A DNA stretch of 64,000 nt from assembly GCF_004765795.1 (NCBI RefSeq), contig NZ_SBIV01000001.1, positions 558,001 through 622,000 of the forward strand. The letters are read 5' to 3'. A program made the position numbers and the translations under genes. Numbering within the stretch: position 1 is the stretch's first letter; each line of letters starts with the position of its first letter. The notes under the pieces are model-generated. The model searched no databases and had not been told where the DNA came from. It saw only the letters and a program-made list of their open reading frames with translations. Below are positions 12,302-22,552 of this stretch, piece after piece. This stretch comes from Halorussus marinus (GTDB lineage Archaea; Halobacteriota; Halobacteria; Halobacteriales; Haladaptataceae).

Positions 12302-13768
12302 TCACGAAAGCAGTTGACCCCTGAGGTCTCGAAGCACCGCGACCGCGTCGATCCGGATGCGTTCGCTCAGCCCGAGCAGGACGCCGAAGTATGTCAGCCC
12401 GCCGACCGCGAGCAACGCCGCGATCCGGACCGCTCCGGCCGCCCCGCCGAGCTGAAGCTTCAGCGCGTAGACGACGGCGGTCATGACCGCCATCGACGCC
12501 ACCTGATGGCCCACGTCGGTGTAGGTCGACGCCGGAACGGACTCGTCGAGGAAGACGAGCATGGTGGCGACGCTCGCGCCGAACGCGAGGACGGTCGCCC
12601 ACGCGACGCCCCACGCGCCGAACCAGATCGTGAGCGGGACCGCAGAGACGCCGTACACCCCGATGAGGAGCACGCCACTCGCGGCGTAGAGCCGGGGGCG
12701 CCCGGTCCCGAGGAAGAACTTCTCTAAGCCCTCTCGGTACCCGTTGATCAGGTTCGCGACCGCGAGCACCGGGACGAGCGCGTTCGCCAGTCCGACGGCC
12801 CCGAGCACGGGAAGCGTCGCAGTGCCGGCGCTCTCGCCGTAGATGGTCAACAGGAGCGCGTTCCCGATGACCGCGCCCCCGCCGACGATCGGAACCGCGA
12901 ACAGCCCGGCATAGGTGAACACCGCCGACAGGAGTCGACCCACCTCCTCGTCGTCGCCCGCCTCGTTCAGCGCCGAGAATTGCGGGAAGGCGACCTGCGC
13001 AAGCGCAGACGAGAACAGCATCGACGCCTCCGTGAGGGTGAAGACGTTCTTGTACACGCCGGTGGCGGCCGGACCGACGAACTGCTGGATCAGCAGGTAG
13101 TCGGCCTGCTTGAACAGTTGACTGGAGACGCTCCGGACGTAGGCGTACTTCGAGAAGCCGACGAACGACCGGAACAGCGCTACCGAGGGCCGGGCCGGAA
13201 CCACCCGTGCGAACCCGACGTAGGATACCAGAAAGGTGAGAAACTGTCCCGCGATGAGCCCCCAGACGAGTCCCCTGACGCCGTGGCCCTCGACGACCAG
13301 CGCGGCCTGGATCGGGACGATGAGAGCGTACCGGCCGTTCTCTATCGCGCCGACGAGCGCGACGCGTTGTTTGCCTTCGAGAAACGACCCGGAGAGCCGG
13401 AACAGTCCCCAGGTGAGCACGCCGAGCGGGACGAGCAGCGCGACGTCCACCCCCAGCAGGCCGTTGATCGTTCCCCGGAACGCGACCGACAGCGCCGCGA
13501 CCGCCGCCACGCCCGCGAGCAACACGAGCGCGCCGCTGGCGAACTCCCTCGCTTCGGTGTCACCGCCGCTGACCCGCTTGACCAAGACCGGGTAGAGTCC
13601 GAAGCTGAAGACGTTGGCCGCGATCATCTGGAGGCTGAAGTACGCCGCGTAGGTCCCGATGCCGCCGAACCCGAGTTCGCGCGTGAAAAAGACAGTGCCG
13701 AGAAAGCCGGCCACCGTCCCGAGGACGTTCGTGACGAACCGCTTCGAGACCTCCGCGCCGATCTTCAT
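12302..13768 (-). CDS. Wzx/MOP-family oligosaccharide flippase
   Basis: 488 aa with many TM segments, TRELG..G.G.Y start, AD.LLI..F.G..ATGVY, V.FPQFS; lies next to aglB. Confidence 0.85.
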   Translation of the reverse strand: MKIGAEVSKRFVTNVLGTVAGFLGTVFFTRELGFGGIGTYAAYFSLQMIAANVFSFGLYPVLVKRVSGGDTEAREFASGALVLLAGVAAVAALSVAFRGTINGLLGVDVALLVPLGVLTWGLFRLSGSFLEGKQRVALVGAIENGRYALIVPIQAALVVEGHGVRGLVWGLIAGQFLTFLVSYVGFARVVPARPSVALFRSFVGFSKYAYVRSVSSQLFKQADYLLIQQFVGPAATGVYKNVFTLTEASMLFSSALAQVAFPQFSALNEAGDDEEVGRLLSAVFTYAGLFAVPIVGGGAVIGNALLLTIYGESAGTATLPVLGAVGLANALVPVLAVANLINGYREGLEKFFLGTGRPRLYAASGVLLIGVYGVSAVPLTIWFGAWGVAWATVLAFGASVATMLVFLDESVPASTYTDVGHQVASMAVMTAVVYALKLQLGGAAGAVRIAALLAVGGLTYFGVLLGLSERIRIDAVAVLRDLRGQLLS

Positions 13769-15324
13769 TCCAGATACCCGAGCTCTCGGAGTCGGTCTTT
13801 GACCTCGCCTTCTTTCTCCTCGTCGCCGGCGACGCCGTCGCCCGTCACGGCCGCGTCGCCGACGAAGTCGTAGCTTTCGGGGTCGCGGGTCGCGAGGTCG
13901 CTCCCCGACGCGAACACGTCGAGTACGTCGCCGGCCATCGATTCGGGGAGACGGTAGCCGAGCGCGTGGAGCACTGTCGGCGCGATGTCGGTGATGCGCG
14001 CGCCCTCGATCGTCCCGTCGCGGAACGACGGCCCCCGGGCGAGGAAGATCCCCTCGCGGGCGTGTCCGGAGGTGTCGACCTCGAAGCGGAGGTCGTCGAC
14101 GTCGAACCGCGAAGACGCGTGGACTTCGGGCGTCTCGATGACCATCGCGAGATCCGGGGTGTGGGGGCCGCCGCGGTCGAGGCGGTCGAACCGGACCGAG
14201 AGGCCCTCGCTTTCGGCCCCGTCCCGGAGCGCGGACTCGGCGCGCTCGCAGATCGCGTCGATCTCGTCCGGATCGTCCGCGAGCGCGTAGATTAGCGTCG
14301 TCTTCTGTCCGACGTCGGCTAACGCGGTCGTCTCCGCCCAGTCGATTCGACCCGTGCTCAACGCGTTGTCGAGGCCGAGCGCGTCGCCGGTCGGGACGCC
14401 GGTCAGTGCGCTCTCGGGGACCAGCTTACGGGCGAGCGTGAGCAGGCCGGCCTTCCCGAGCAGGTCGCTGGCGGCGTCTCGGGCGGTCCCCATCGCCGCC
14501 TTGGTCGCGTCGCCGGACTCGGTCAGCGAGACGAGCCCCGCTCGTTCGAGCACCACGTTGGGCGCGAACTTCGAGCGGACCTTCTCGAAGCCGTGGTCGC
14601 TCATCACGATGAGGTCCTTGTCGGCGTGGGCGTCGAGAAACTCCCCGAGGCGCTCGTCGACCCGCCGATAGACCTCGAAGAGTTCGTTGTCCGAGGCGGC
14701 CGGCGGCGTGCTTTCGGCGCCCCAGTAGTGGTGGGCCACCCGATCGGTCGCTCGGATCAGCCCGACCGCGAGCTCCGGGTCCTCGCGGTCGATGAAGTGT
14801 TCGAACGCCTCGAACCGCTTGTCGACCAGGTCGAGGCTCTCGTCGACGTACTCGCGAGACCCCGGCGGCTGGTCGTTCCGGAGCTTGTAGCCGTCGACGA
14901 GGTCGACGAGTTCGTCCCACCGCGCTGGCGGGTGGGCGTACTCGTCTTTGTACTCGGGGGCGGCCGCAATGATGGTGCCGTCGATCGCCTGCCAGGGGTA
15001 CGACCCCGGGATGTTGAACACGACGACCGACCCGTCCTGATCGTCGACGGCGTCCCACATCTTACCGGGGACGAACTCGTCGTGGCTCAGGTCGTTTTCG
15101 CGGGTCTCCCGGTTGAAGTGGGTGAACCCGTACATGTCGAGGTCGGTCGGCTCCCGACCGGTCGCGAACGCCGGCCACGCCGGGACGGTGATCTCGGGGA
15201 CCGTGCTCTCTAACTCCCCGCTGACGCTCTCGTCGAGCAGACGCTCGAAGTTCGGGAGGCGGCCGGACTCCACCCACGGCTCGATGACCGAGAGGGTCGC
15301 GCCGTCGAGTCCGAGGACTATCAT
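13765..15324 (-). CDS. AlkP superfamily protein, nucleotide pyrophosphatase/phosphodiesterase-like
   Basis: VLGLDGA, STVPEITVPAW, DRVAHHYW, MSDHGF, SGHAREG; ends RLRELGYLE. Confidence 0.88.
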   Translation of the reverse strand: MIVLGLDGATLSVIEPWVESGRLPNFERLLDESVSGELESTVPEITVPAWPAFATGREPTDLDMYGFTHFNRETRENDLSHDEFVPGKMWDAVDDQDGSVVVFNIPGSYPWQAIDGTIIAAAPEYKDEYAHPPARWDELVDLVDGYKLRNDQPPGSREYVDESLDLVDKRFEAFEHFIDREDPELAVGLIRATDRVAHHYWGAESTPPAASDNELFEVYRRVDERLGEFLDAHADKDLIVMSDHGFEKVRSKFAPNVVLERAGLVSLTESGDATKAAMGTARDAASDLLGKAGLLTLARKLVPESALTGVPTGDALGLDNALSTGRIDWAETTALADVGQKTTLIYALADDPDEIDAICERAESALRDGAESEGLSVRFDRLDRGGPHTPDLAMVIETPEVHASSRFDVDDLRFEVDTSGHAREGIFLARGPSFRDGTIEGARITDIAPTVLHALGYRLPESMAGDVLDVFASGSDLATRDPESYDFVGDAAVTGDGVAGDEEKEGEVKDRLRELGYLE

Positions 15325-15364
15325 GTGGGGGCGAACGCGGGGCCCGGCCAAAAGGAGTTTGGTC

Positions 15365-16969
15365 CTACTCCAGATACCCCAGATCGGAGAGGCGCTCGGC
15401 GACGTCGGCGTCCTCGGTGGCTGCCTGCGTGGCCGCTTCGTAGTCGGGGTAGGATCGCTCGTCGGGGGCGTCGACGGCGGCGAGCGGGTCCCCGTCCATC
15501 ACCGTGGCCGGCGCGACGTCGAGAGTCGCCAGCACCGTCGACGCGACGTCGAACAGGTGTGCGCCCGAGAGGTCCGCTCCGGAGTCGACGCCCTCGCCCG
15601 CCAGCGCGATCACGCCGTGTCGCTTGTGGTTCCACGGCTCGGGCTCGCCGAACTGCTCGCCGACGAGCGCCGAGAGGCCGTGCTGGAAGTCGGTCGGCAC
15701 CGCCAGCACGTCGACCGCTTCTTGGGCGTACGGGCCGTCGATGTACTTCTCCCGGGGCACGACTTCCTCGAACACCGGCGTCCCCGTCGGCGTGGTCGCG
15801 CTCGACAGGAGCGAGATCACCTCCTCGCGGACCCGATCGTACTCGTCTCGCGCCACGACGCCGTCGGGGTCTCGCCCCTCGACGTTCAGCCTGACGCCCA
15901 GTTCCGACGGCGACCGGAGGTACGCTCGCGACGCCGAGAAGTCGACCGCGTCGCTCGCGGCGAACACCGCTCCGACCGGGACGTGGCGACCGACGAACTC
16001 CGCGAGCCCGAGCCGTTCGAGCACCGCTTTCCCGCGCTGGTAGGTCAGCCCGACGGTCGCCGCCGTCGCCGCGAGCCGTTCGAGCACGGGATGGCCCGAC
16101 GCCCCCTGCTCGGCGCCCCCCGTCAAGCGCTCGTCTTTGATCTGGAACCACGAGGGGACGCCCTGACCGCCGGTGGTGGTCTCGACCACGCCCGCTTCCC
16201 GGAGGAACTCGTTGACGCGGAACTCGTAGCCGTCGTACTCGCCCATGCCATGGTCGCTGGCGACCACGACGGTGTCGGGGTCGCACTCGTCGAGGATCGC
16301 GCCGATCTGCTCGTCGACGGCCCGGTAGATGCGCCGGACCTTCCCGTGGTCGCCGGGGTAATCGTGGAACACCGCGTCGGTCTTCTGGAACTGGACGAAG
16401 CCGAACTCGGGACCGAACCGGTCGGCGAGATACCGGAACGCGGCCCCGCGCATCCGAGCGAGTTCGAGGTAGTCCTCGAACCGGTCGTCGCCAGCCGTCT
16501 CGTCGGTCTCGCGGCGGGCGTACACGCGGTAGTCGCCGACCGCCTCGCGCACGTCGTCCAGAATCCCGTCGGGGTGACAGTCCGGATCCTCGGCGGCGAG
16601 GTAGCCCGGGACGACCGCGCCGTCGACGTCGGGCGGCGGGCTCGTGACGGGGGCGTTGACGACCACGCTCGTCAGGCCCGCCGCGTCGGCGTACTCCCAG
16701 AGCGTTCGCTGTCGAACGTCGGTCGCGTTCACGATGTCCCAGTCGTAGCCGTCGAACCGCAGGAAGTCGAACACGCCGTGCTTGCCGGGGTTCGTTCCGG
16801 TGTACAGCGACGGCCACGCGCTCGCGGTCCACGGCGGAATCTGAGACTCCAGTCGCCCGGTCGCCCCGTCGTCGAACAGCGATTCGAGGTGCGGGAGGGC
16901 ACCGTCCTCGAACAGCGGTCGGAGTACGGGGAAGCAGGCGGCGTCGAGTCCGACCAGCAACGTCTGCAT
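15365..16969 (-). CDS. AlkP superfamily protein, NPP-like
   Basis: VGLDAA, SQIPPWTASAW, TGTNPGKHGVFDF, ASDHGM, WNHKRHG; ends RLSDLGYLE. Confidence 0.88.
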   Translation of the reverse strand: MQTLLVGLDAACFPVLRPLFEDGALPHLESLFDDGATGRLESQIPPWTASAWPSLYTGTNPGKHGVFDFLRFDGYDWDIVNATDVRQRTLWEYADAAGLTSVVVNAPVTSPPPDVDGAVVPGYLAAEDPDCHPDGILDDVREAVGDYRVYARRETDETAGDDRFEDYLELARMRGAAFRYLADRFGPEFGFVQFQKTDAVFHDYPGDHGKVRRIYRAVDEQIGAILDECDPDTVVVASDHGMGEYDGYEFRVNEFLREAGVVETTTGGQGVPSWFQIKDERLTGGAEQGASGHPVLERLAATAATVGLTYQRGKAVLERLGLAEFVGRHVPVGAVFAASDAVDFSASRAYLRSPSELGVRLNVEGRDPDGVVARDEYDRVREEVISLLSSATTPTGTPVFEEVVPREKYIDGPYAQEAVDVLAVPTDFQHGLSALVGEQFGEPEPWNHKRHGVIALAGEGVDSGADLSGAHLFDVASTVLATLDVAPATVMDGDPLAAVDAPDERSYPDYEAATQAATEDADVAERLSDLGYLE

Positions 16970-17016
16970 GTCTCGACCGACCGGACCCGCCGGCTTAAAA
17001 CTGCTTTTCTCCGGCG

Positions 17017-18501
17017 CTACTCGATATACCCCAGCTCCCTGAGGTTGCGCTCGACGCCAGGACTGTAGTCGGCGTCGCTCTCGCTACCTGCTTTCTCGAA
17101 GCGCTCGCCGAGCGCTTCGGTGACTCGCGCCCGAAGGTCGGCGACGACCGACTCGTCGGGCTCGGCGACGACTGACTCGCCGGGCAGGTCGTAGAGGATC
17201 TCGGTGCCGTCCGACCGGAGTTCGAATCTGTACTCGTCGGTTCGGACCGACTTGCGACCGAGTTCGAACGCCCGGAGCGTCTCGGCCGAAACCTCGTCCA
17301 CGGCCTCGGTATCGGACAGATCCGAGGGCGCTTCGGCCGCGTAGACGGCGTCCCGAGCGTCGCCGCCGAACAGCGAGTCGCCCGCCGTCTCAGGAGCGTC
17401 CAGCCCGCAGAGCTCACAGAGCGTCGCGAACAGGTCGACGTGCGAGGCGAGCTTGTCGCGGGGATCGGCCTCCGGAACGCCGGGACCGGCGAACACGAGC
17501 GGGACGCGTGTCACCTCGTCGTAGAGGAAGTTGCCGTGGTACAGCGCACCGTGCTCGCCGAACAGTTCGCCGTGATCGGACGTGAGGACGACGACAGTGT
17601 CATCGGCGAGTCCCGCGCGTTCGAACCACTCCAGAAACGCGCCGAGACGGTCGTCGAGATACCGGAGGCTCGCGGCATACCACTCCCGAAGCACGTCGAG
17701 TTCGGCCTCCGTCAGCGACGAGGAATCGTCTCGATACCGCAACGCGATGCTCTGGGCGCCCGCCCCGTCGGCCGCGGCGAACAGTCTGTCGTCGTCGACC
17801 GCTGGGTCGTCGTACTGGCACGGCGAGTCGATCAACTCCTCGACTAGCCCGAACCGGGGCCGGGAAAGCGCTGGCGTCTGGTCGTGCTTGTACGGCCGCG
17901 GCGGGTCGTAGGGCGCGTGGACCGTCGTCAGGTTCGCCATGGCGAAGAACGGCTCTGGGGTGTCGGCGAGCCACTCCCGAAGCTTCTCGAACTTGATCTC
18001 GGTGTAGTAGTCGTTCCCCTGTGAGGCCAGCCTGAAGAAGTCTCGGCGGATCAGCGGATCGGTCACGAGCTGATAGAGATACGCGACCGACGGTCGCTCG
18101 GCCACTTCCTCGTAGACCTCGTAGTAGGCTTCGAACCCGCGGTCGAGCCCGGTCGCCGATCCCATCTTTGCGGGCCCCGGAATGCCGAAGGTTCGATACC
18201 CGCGGTCCGCGAACCACTCCGCCAACAGCGGAACCGACTCAGGCATCGTCGGCCACGCGCCGTCGAATCCGGTCTGGTTGGGATACTGCCCGGAGAAAAG
18301 CGCTCCGTGCGACGGCGGCGTCCACGGCCCGACTGCGAAAGCGTTCTCGAAGCTCGTCCCTCGCTCGGCCACGCCGTCGATGGTCGGCGTTTCGACCGGA
18401 AACGCGCCGTCGTCACAGGAGAGCGCATCGGCCCGGAGCGTGTCGAAAACTAGCAGGAGGACGTTCGGATACTCGGTTCTCGGAACTCTCACTGGCGCCA
18501 T
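17017..18501 (-). CDS. Sulfatase-like hydrolase/transferase (AlkP superfamily)
   Basis: NVLLLVFDTLRAD, WTPPSH, VHAPY, TSDHGE; ends NLRELGYIE; start uncertain. Confidence 0.85.
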   Translation of the reverse strand: MAPVRVPRTEYPNVLLLVFDTLRADALSCDDGAFPVETPTIDGVAERGTSFENAFAVGPWTPPSHGALFSGQYPNQTGFDGAWPTMPESVPLLAEWFADRGYRTFGIPGPAKMGSATGLDRGFEAYYEVYEEVAERPSVAYLYQLVTDPLIRRDFFRLASQGNDYYTEIKFEKLREWLADTPEPFFAMANLTTVHAPYDPPRPYKHDQTPALSRPRFGLVEELIDSPCQYDDPAVDDDRLFAAADGAGAQSIALRYRDDSSSLTEAELDVLREWYAASLRYLDDRLGAFLEWFERAGLADDTVVVLTSDHGELFGEHGALYHGNFLYDEVTRVPLVFAGPGVPEADPRDKLASHVDLFATLCELCGLDAPETAGDSLFGGDARDAVYAAEAPSDLSDTEAVDEVSAETLRAFELGRKSVRTDEYRFELRSDGTEILYDLPGESVVAEPDESVVADLRARVTEALGERFEKAGSESDADYSPGVERNLRELGYIE

Positions 18502-18544
18502 CTCTCGACCCCCATGAACTACCGAGGAGGGGATCAACGAACGG

Positions 18545-18554
18545 GAACTTTAAC
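18545..18554 (+). promoter_or_regulatory. Putative TATA box of the leaderless GT4 gene
   Basis: GAACTTTAAC ending 24 nt before ATG 18579. Confidence 0.55.
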
Positions 18555-18578
18555 CGTTCGGCCCGCCGCGTCCCGAAC

Positions 18579-19613
18579 ATGGACCCCGACGCCGCCCGCG
18601 TGGCGATGCTCCACCAGGACCCCCATCCCGCCCACCGCGGCTTCGCGGAGGCGATCGGCGCGGACCTCGTCGACTACCACCGGCGGTCGGCCGGCCCCCT
18701 CGACGGTACCCTCGCCGAGGACGCGCTGAACGGACTCACGTACCCCGATTACGACGTCTACATCGTGGAGGGGTCGCGACCCCTGTACGCCGGACTACTC
18801 TGCCGGTTCGCCCGCGGCGGCAAACTGGTCTATCTCTGTGCGGACCACGGGCTCTACCGGCTCGGTAGCGCCGACTTCGAGGGCGACTCGGCGCTCAAGT
18901 CGCTGATCGGGACGTTCGGTACGCCGGCGGTCCGGGCGGCCGGACGGCGCGGGATCGACGGCGTGATCGCGGTCTCGGCGTTCGCCGCGGAGTTCACCCG
19001 GCCCGTGGTCGGCCCGAAGACCCCGATCGAGGTCGCCCATCCGTTCGTCCAGCCGTCGACCTACGACGCGCTCGGTGACGTCGAACCGAGCCTCGGCTCG
19101 GAGGTCGCCGTGACCGTCGCGCGGCCTTGGGAGTACAAGGGCGTCGACCTGCTCGTCGACGCGTGGCCCCGGGTCCGCGAGTCGTTCCCCGACGCGGAAC
19201 TCCACGTCGTCGGCGGGGGACACCCGGAGTCGTACGCCGAGACTCCGGGCGTCCGGGTTCGGGGGTACGTCGAGGACCTCGCCGACGCGTTCGCGCCCGG
19301 TTCGCTGTTCGTCCAGCCGTCGCGGATGGACACCTTCCCGGTGAGCACGCTCGAAGCGATGCGTGCCGGCCTCCCGCCGCTGGTGACACGGACGACCGGC
19401 ACGCGATCGGAGGCCCGACGGATCGACGAGTCGCTCGTGGTCGAACCGAACGAGGACGCGCTCGCTCGCGGCGTCCGCAGGTACTTCGAACGCGACCTCG
19501 CCGACCGACGCTCGCTCTCGGAGACCGCCCGCGACCGGGGCGGCCGGTTCGATCGGGACTCGCGAACCGCCGCGTTCCGGGCGGCCTACCGCGACGTTCT
19601 CGAAGAACTTTAA
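18579..19613 (+). CDS. Glycosyltransferase family 4
   Basis: KGVDLL, LHVVGGG, FVQPSRMDTFPVSTLEAMRAGLP; start moved to MDPDAA. Confidence 0.9.
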   Translation: MDPDAARVAMLHQDPHPAHRGFAEAIGADLVDYHRRSAGPLDGTLAEDALNGLTYPDYDVYIVEGSRPLYAGLLCRFARGGKLVYLCADHGLYRLGSADFEGDSALKSLIGTFGTPAVRAAGRRGIDGVIAVSAFAAEFTRPVVGPKTPIEVAHPFVQPSTYDALGDVEPSLGSEVAVTVARPWEYKGVDLLVDAWPRVRESFPDAELHVVGGGHPESYAETPGVRVRGYVEDLADAFAPGSLFVQPSRMDTFPVSTLEAMRAGLPPLVTRTTGTRSEARRIDESLVVEPNEDALARGVRRYFERDLADRRSLSETARDRGGRFDRDSRTAAFRAAYRDVLEEL

Positions 19614-19614
19614 C
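19605..19614 (+). promoter_or_regulatory. Putative TATA box overlapping the GT4 stop codon
   Basis: GAACTTTAAC ending 23 nt before ATG 19638. Confidence 0.5.
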
Positions 19615-19637
19615 GCCGGACCGGCGATTGTCCGCCC

Positions 19638-21203
19638 ATGACCGTCTACGTCGTCGGACTCGACGGGGCCGACTGGTCGCTGCTCCGACCGTGGGCCGAG
19701 GCGGGCCACCTCCCGACGGTCGCCCGGATTCTCGACGAGGGCGTCGCGGGCGACCTCCAGAGCACGCTCCCGCCGGTCACGTTCCCGGCGTGGAAGTGTT
19801 ACTCGACGGGCAAGACTCCCGGGAAGCTCGGCGTCTACGAGTGGTTCGCGTACGACAGAACGACCCACGACATCTCGGCGAACGACGCCAGCGACTTCCG
19901 GTCGCGCGAGTACTGGGACGTGTTGGCCGACCGCGACCGGCGCGCGGGCGTGATCAACATGCCGACGACCCACCCTGCCGGCGCGGACGAGGGCGTGAAC
20001 GCGACGGACGACGGGCCCTTCATCATCGCGGGGAGCCCCGCAAGCGAGCGCAAGGCGTTCACCAGCCCCGCGTCGCTGAGGACGGAACTGCTCGAGGAGA
20101 TCCCCGACTACCGGGTCAAGCCCGACCTCGTCCTCGACGAGGCGTCGCCCGACGAGTTGGTCGCCGAGGCCCGCGATCTGTTCGAACAGCGCTTCGACGC
20201 CGCGACGTGGCTCGCCGACGAGAAAGACTGCGAGCTGGTCCACACCACGCTCTTTGCGACCGACACGCTCCAACACCGGCTCTGGGATCGCCCCGAGAAG
20301 CTCCGGGCGGCCTACGAGCGCGTCGACGACCTGCTCGCGGACCTGCTCGCACGCGAGGACGCCGAGGCCGTCGTGCTCATGAGCGACCACGGCTTCGCCG
20401 AGATCGACGAGATCTTTCTCGTGAATCAGTGGTTGGCCGAGCGGGGCGACCTCGTCGTCGAGGACTCGGAGGCCCGCGACCTGCTGGCGTCGGTCGGGCT
20501 CACCGAAGAACGGCTCAAGCGGTTGGTCGATCGGCTCGGACTCGTCAATCTCGCCCAGTCGCTCGTGCCCGAGTCCCTCCAGCGGTTCTTCCCGAGCGAG
20601 AGCGGTCGCGTGGCGATTCAGGACGCCGGAATCGACTGGACCGAGACGAAGGCCGTCTCGCTCGGCCGCGGACCGATCTACGTCAACCGCGACGCGTTCC
20701 CGGACGAGGAGGCGGCCGACGCCTACGCCGAGGCGCTGGCGGCCGACCTCGAAGCGCTCGAAACGCCGTCGGGCGATCCGGTCGCGGCCGCGGTCCGCGA
20801 TCCGGCGGACGTTTACACCGGCGAGCGACCGCGCGCTCCGGATCTGGTGGTGGAGTACGCGACCGGCGTCGACGCCCCCGAAGCGATCGGCGGCGGTGTC
20901 TTCGGCGAGACCACCGAGTGGCTGGCGACCCACCGCCGCACGGGGGTGTTTGCGGCGTGGGGCGAGGACGTCGCGACCGGGAGCGCCGACCTCGAACTGT
21001 ACGACCTCGCGCCGACTCTGCTCCACTATCTCGGTGCGCCCGTCCCCGAAGACGTCGACGGCGACGTTCGATTCGACGTGTTAGCCGGCGAGCCAGCCGA
21101 TCGATCGATCGAGACGGGGGCGCCGACAGCGGCCGACGCGGCCGGCGAGCGCGCGGGCGAGGAGGTCGAAGACACACTACGAGAGCTTGGGTATCTGGAA
21201 TGA
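19638..21203 (+). CDS. AlkP superfamily protein, NPP-like
   Basis: VVGLDGADW, STLPPVTFPAW, DTLQHRLW, MSDHGF, ATHRRTG; ends TLRELGYLE. Confidence 0.88.
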   Translation: MTVYVVGLDGADWSLLRPWAEAGHLPTVARILDEGVAGDLQSTLPPVTFPAWKCYSTGKTPGKLGVYEWFAYDRTTHDISANDASDFRSREYWDVLADRDRRAGVINMPTTHPAGADEGVNATDDGPFIIAGSPASERKAFTSPASLRTELLEEIPDYRVKPDLVLDEASPDELVAEARDLFEQRFDAATWLADEKDCELVHTTLFATDTLQHRLWDRPEKLRAAYERVDDLLADLLAREDAEAVVLMSDHGFAEIDEIFLVNQWLAERGDLVVEDSEARDLLASVGLTEERLKRLVDRLGLVNLAQSLVPESLQRFFPSESGRVAIQDAGIDWTETKAVSLGRGPIYVNRDAFPDEEAADAYAEALAADLEALETPSGDPVAAAVRDPADVYTGERPRAPDLVVEYATGVDAPEAIGGGVFGETTEWLATHRRTGVFAAWGEDVATGSADLELYDLAPTLLHYLGAPVPEDVDGDVRFDVLAGEPADRSIETGAPTAADAAGERAGEEVEDTLRELGYLE

Positions 21204-22552
21204 ATCCCCTGAAGCGGTTTCCCCGCGCGAACAACGCGTGGATGGACCTGAAACACCGCGTGCGCCACTGGCGAAAGCGACGCGACCGGGCCGTTCGGAC
21301 GGGCGTTTCGGTGGATGAGCCTCGTAACGTCCTCGTGGTCGTCGTCGACTGCCTGCGCGCAGACCACGTCTCGGGATTCGGCCACGACCGCGAGACGACG
21401 CCCACGCTCGATGCGTTTGCGGATGGCGCCGCCGCGTTCTCGAACGCGAAAGCGCCGAGCCCGTGGACGTTTCCCTCGGTTCCGTCGGTCCTGTCGGGAC
21501 GCTATCCTCACGAGCACGGGGGCCGACTCGAACCCGACCCGCGGAACCTCTCGGCCGAACAGTTTCCCCGTAGGCCGCGGACTGACGTCCCGATGCTCCC
21601 CGACCTGCTCGAAAGCGCCGGGTACGACACCGGGATGATAACCGCGATTCCCATGGCGGAGGAGGCGGTCGGCGACCGGTTTCAGCATGTGAGCGTCCGC
21701 TATACGGACGCGACCGAGCGAGTGTCGTCTGCTCGCGAGTGGTTCGCCGGGCGTGACAGGTGGTTCTGCCACCTCCACCTCGGCGACCCTCACGCGCCAC
21801 TCGACGTCCCGGACGAACACCGAGCGGAGTTCGGCGTACCGGACCTCGAGAATGTCGAGGACTGGCGATTCCGCGAATCGACCGGCGACGAGGGGTTCGA
21901 GCGGTACCGTGACGCCCGACGCCGAGCGTACGATGCGGCTGTTAGGGGGGCGGACGACGCGCTCGCGGGCCTACTCGCGGACCTCGACGACGACACCGTC
22001 GTCGTGGTGTGTGGCGATCACGGCGAGGCGTTCTGGGAGCACCCCGACCTCGAACGGCGGCTCAACGACGATCCCCGCGGCTACTACGGGACCGACCACG
22101 GCCACAGCGTCTTCGAGGAAGTCGCCCGAGTACCCCTCTGGGTACGCGCGCCCGGCGTCCATCCGGAGCGCTCGGATCGACCGGTCTCGCTCGTGGACGT
22201 GGCGCCGACGGTGCTCTCGACGCTCGGGGCGGACGTACCGGCCGGTATCAGCGGTCGATCGCTCGATACCGACCCCGACCGGGACCGACCGCTCCTCTGT
22301 GAGGAGACCGCCTACGGCTACAATCAACGCGCGGTCTGGCGAGACGGCCAGAAAGTGATCGCGGTGCCCGAAACGGCGACGAGACTGGCGTTCGATCTCG
22401 ACGGCGGCCTCGAAACAGACCCGCTCGAAACGGTCCCAGACCGTCTCGAATCAGGACTCTCCGGGTTCGGATCGGGCGTCGACGGCGGCCAGCAGATGTC
22501 TGTCGACGACGACACCCGCGACCGACTCGCGGAACTCGGCTACCTCGAATAG
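21200..22552 (+). CDS. Sulfatase-like hydrolase/transferase (AlkP superfamily)
   Basis: NVLVVVVDCLRADH, WTFPSV, DPHAP, GDHGE; ATGA overlap with upstream gene; ends RLAELGYLE. Confidence 0.85.
   Translation: MNPLKRFPRANNAWMDLKHRVRHWRKRRDRAVRTGVSVDEPRNVLVVVVDCLRADHVSGFGHDRETTPTLDAFADGAAAFSNAKAPSPWTFPSVPSVLSGRYPHEHGGRLEPDPRNLSAEQFPRRPRTDVPMLPDLLESAGYDTGMITAIPMAEEAVGDRFQHVSVRYTDATERVSSAREWFAGRDRWFCHLHLGDPHAPLDVPDEHRAEFGVPDLENVEDWRFRESTGDEGFERYRDARRRAYDAAVRGADDALAGLLADLDDDTVVVVCGDHGEAFWEHPDLERRLNDDPRGYYGTDHGHSVFEEVARVPLWVRAPGVHPERSDRPVSLVDVAPTVLSTLGADVPAGISGRSLDTDPDRDRPLLCEETAYGYNQRAVWRDGQKVIAVPETATRLAFDLDGGLETDPLETVPDRLESGLSGFGSGVDGGQQMSVDDDTRDRLAELGYLE

Noticed and set aside
19127..21199. Apparent 1141-aa ORF (19127-22552) suggesting a giant fusion
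   Set aside because: The N-terminal part is an off-frame read across two other genes; the real protein starts at the ATGA overlap at 21200
21200..21300. RKRR near the N-terminus as a Tat signal
   Set aside because: No hydrophobic h-region follows; the catalytic domain begins directly
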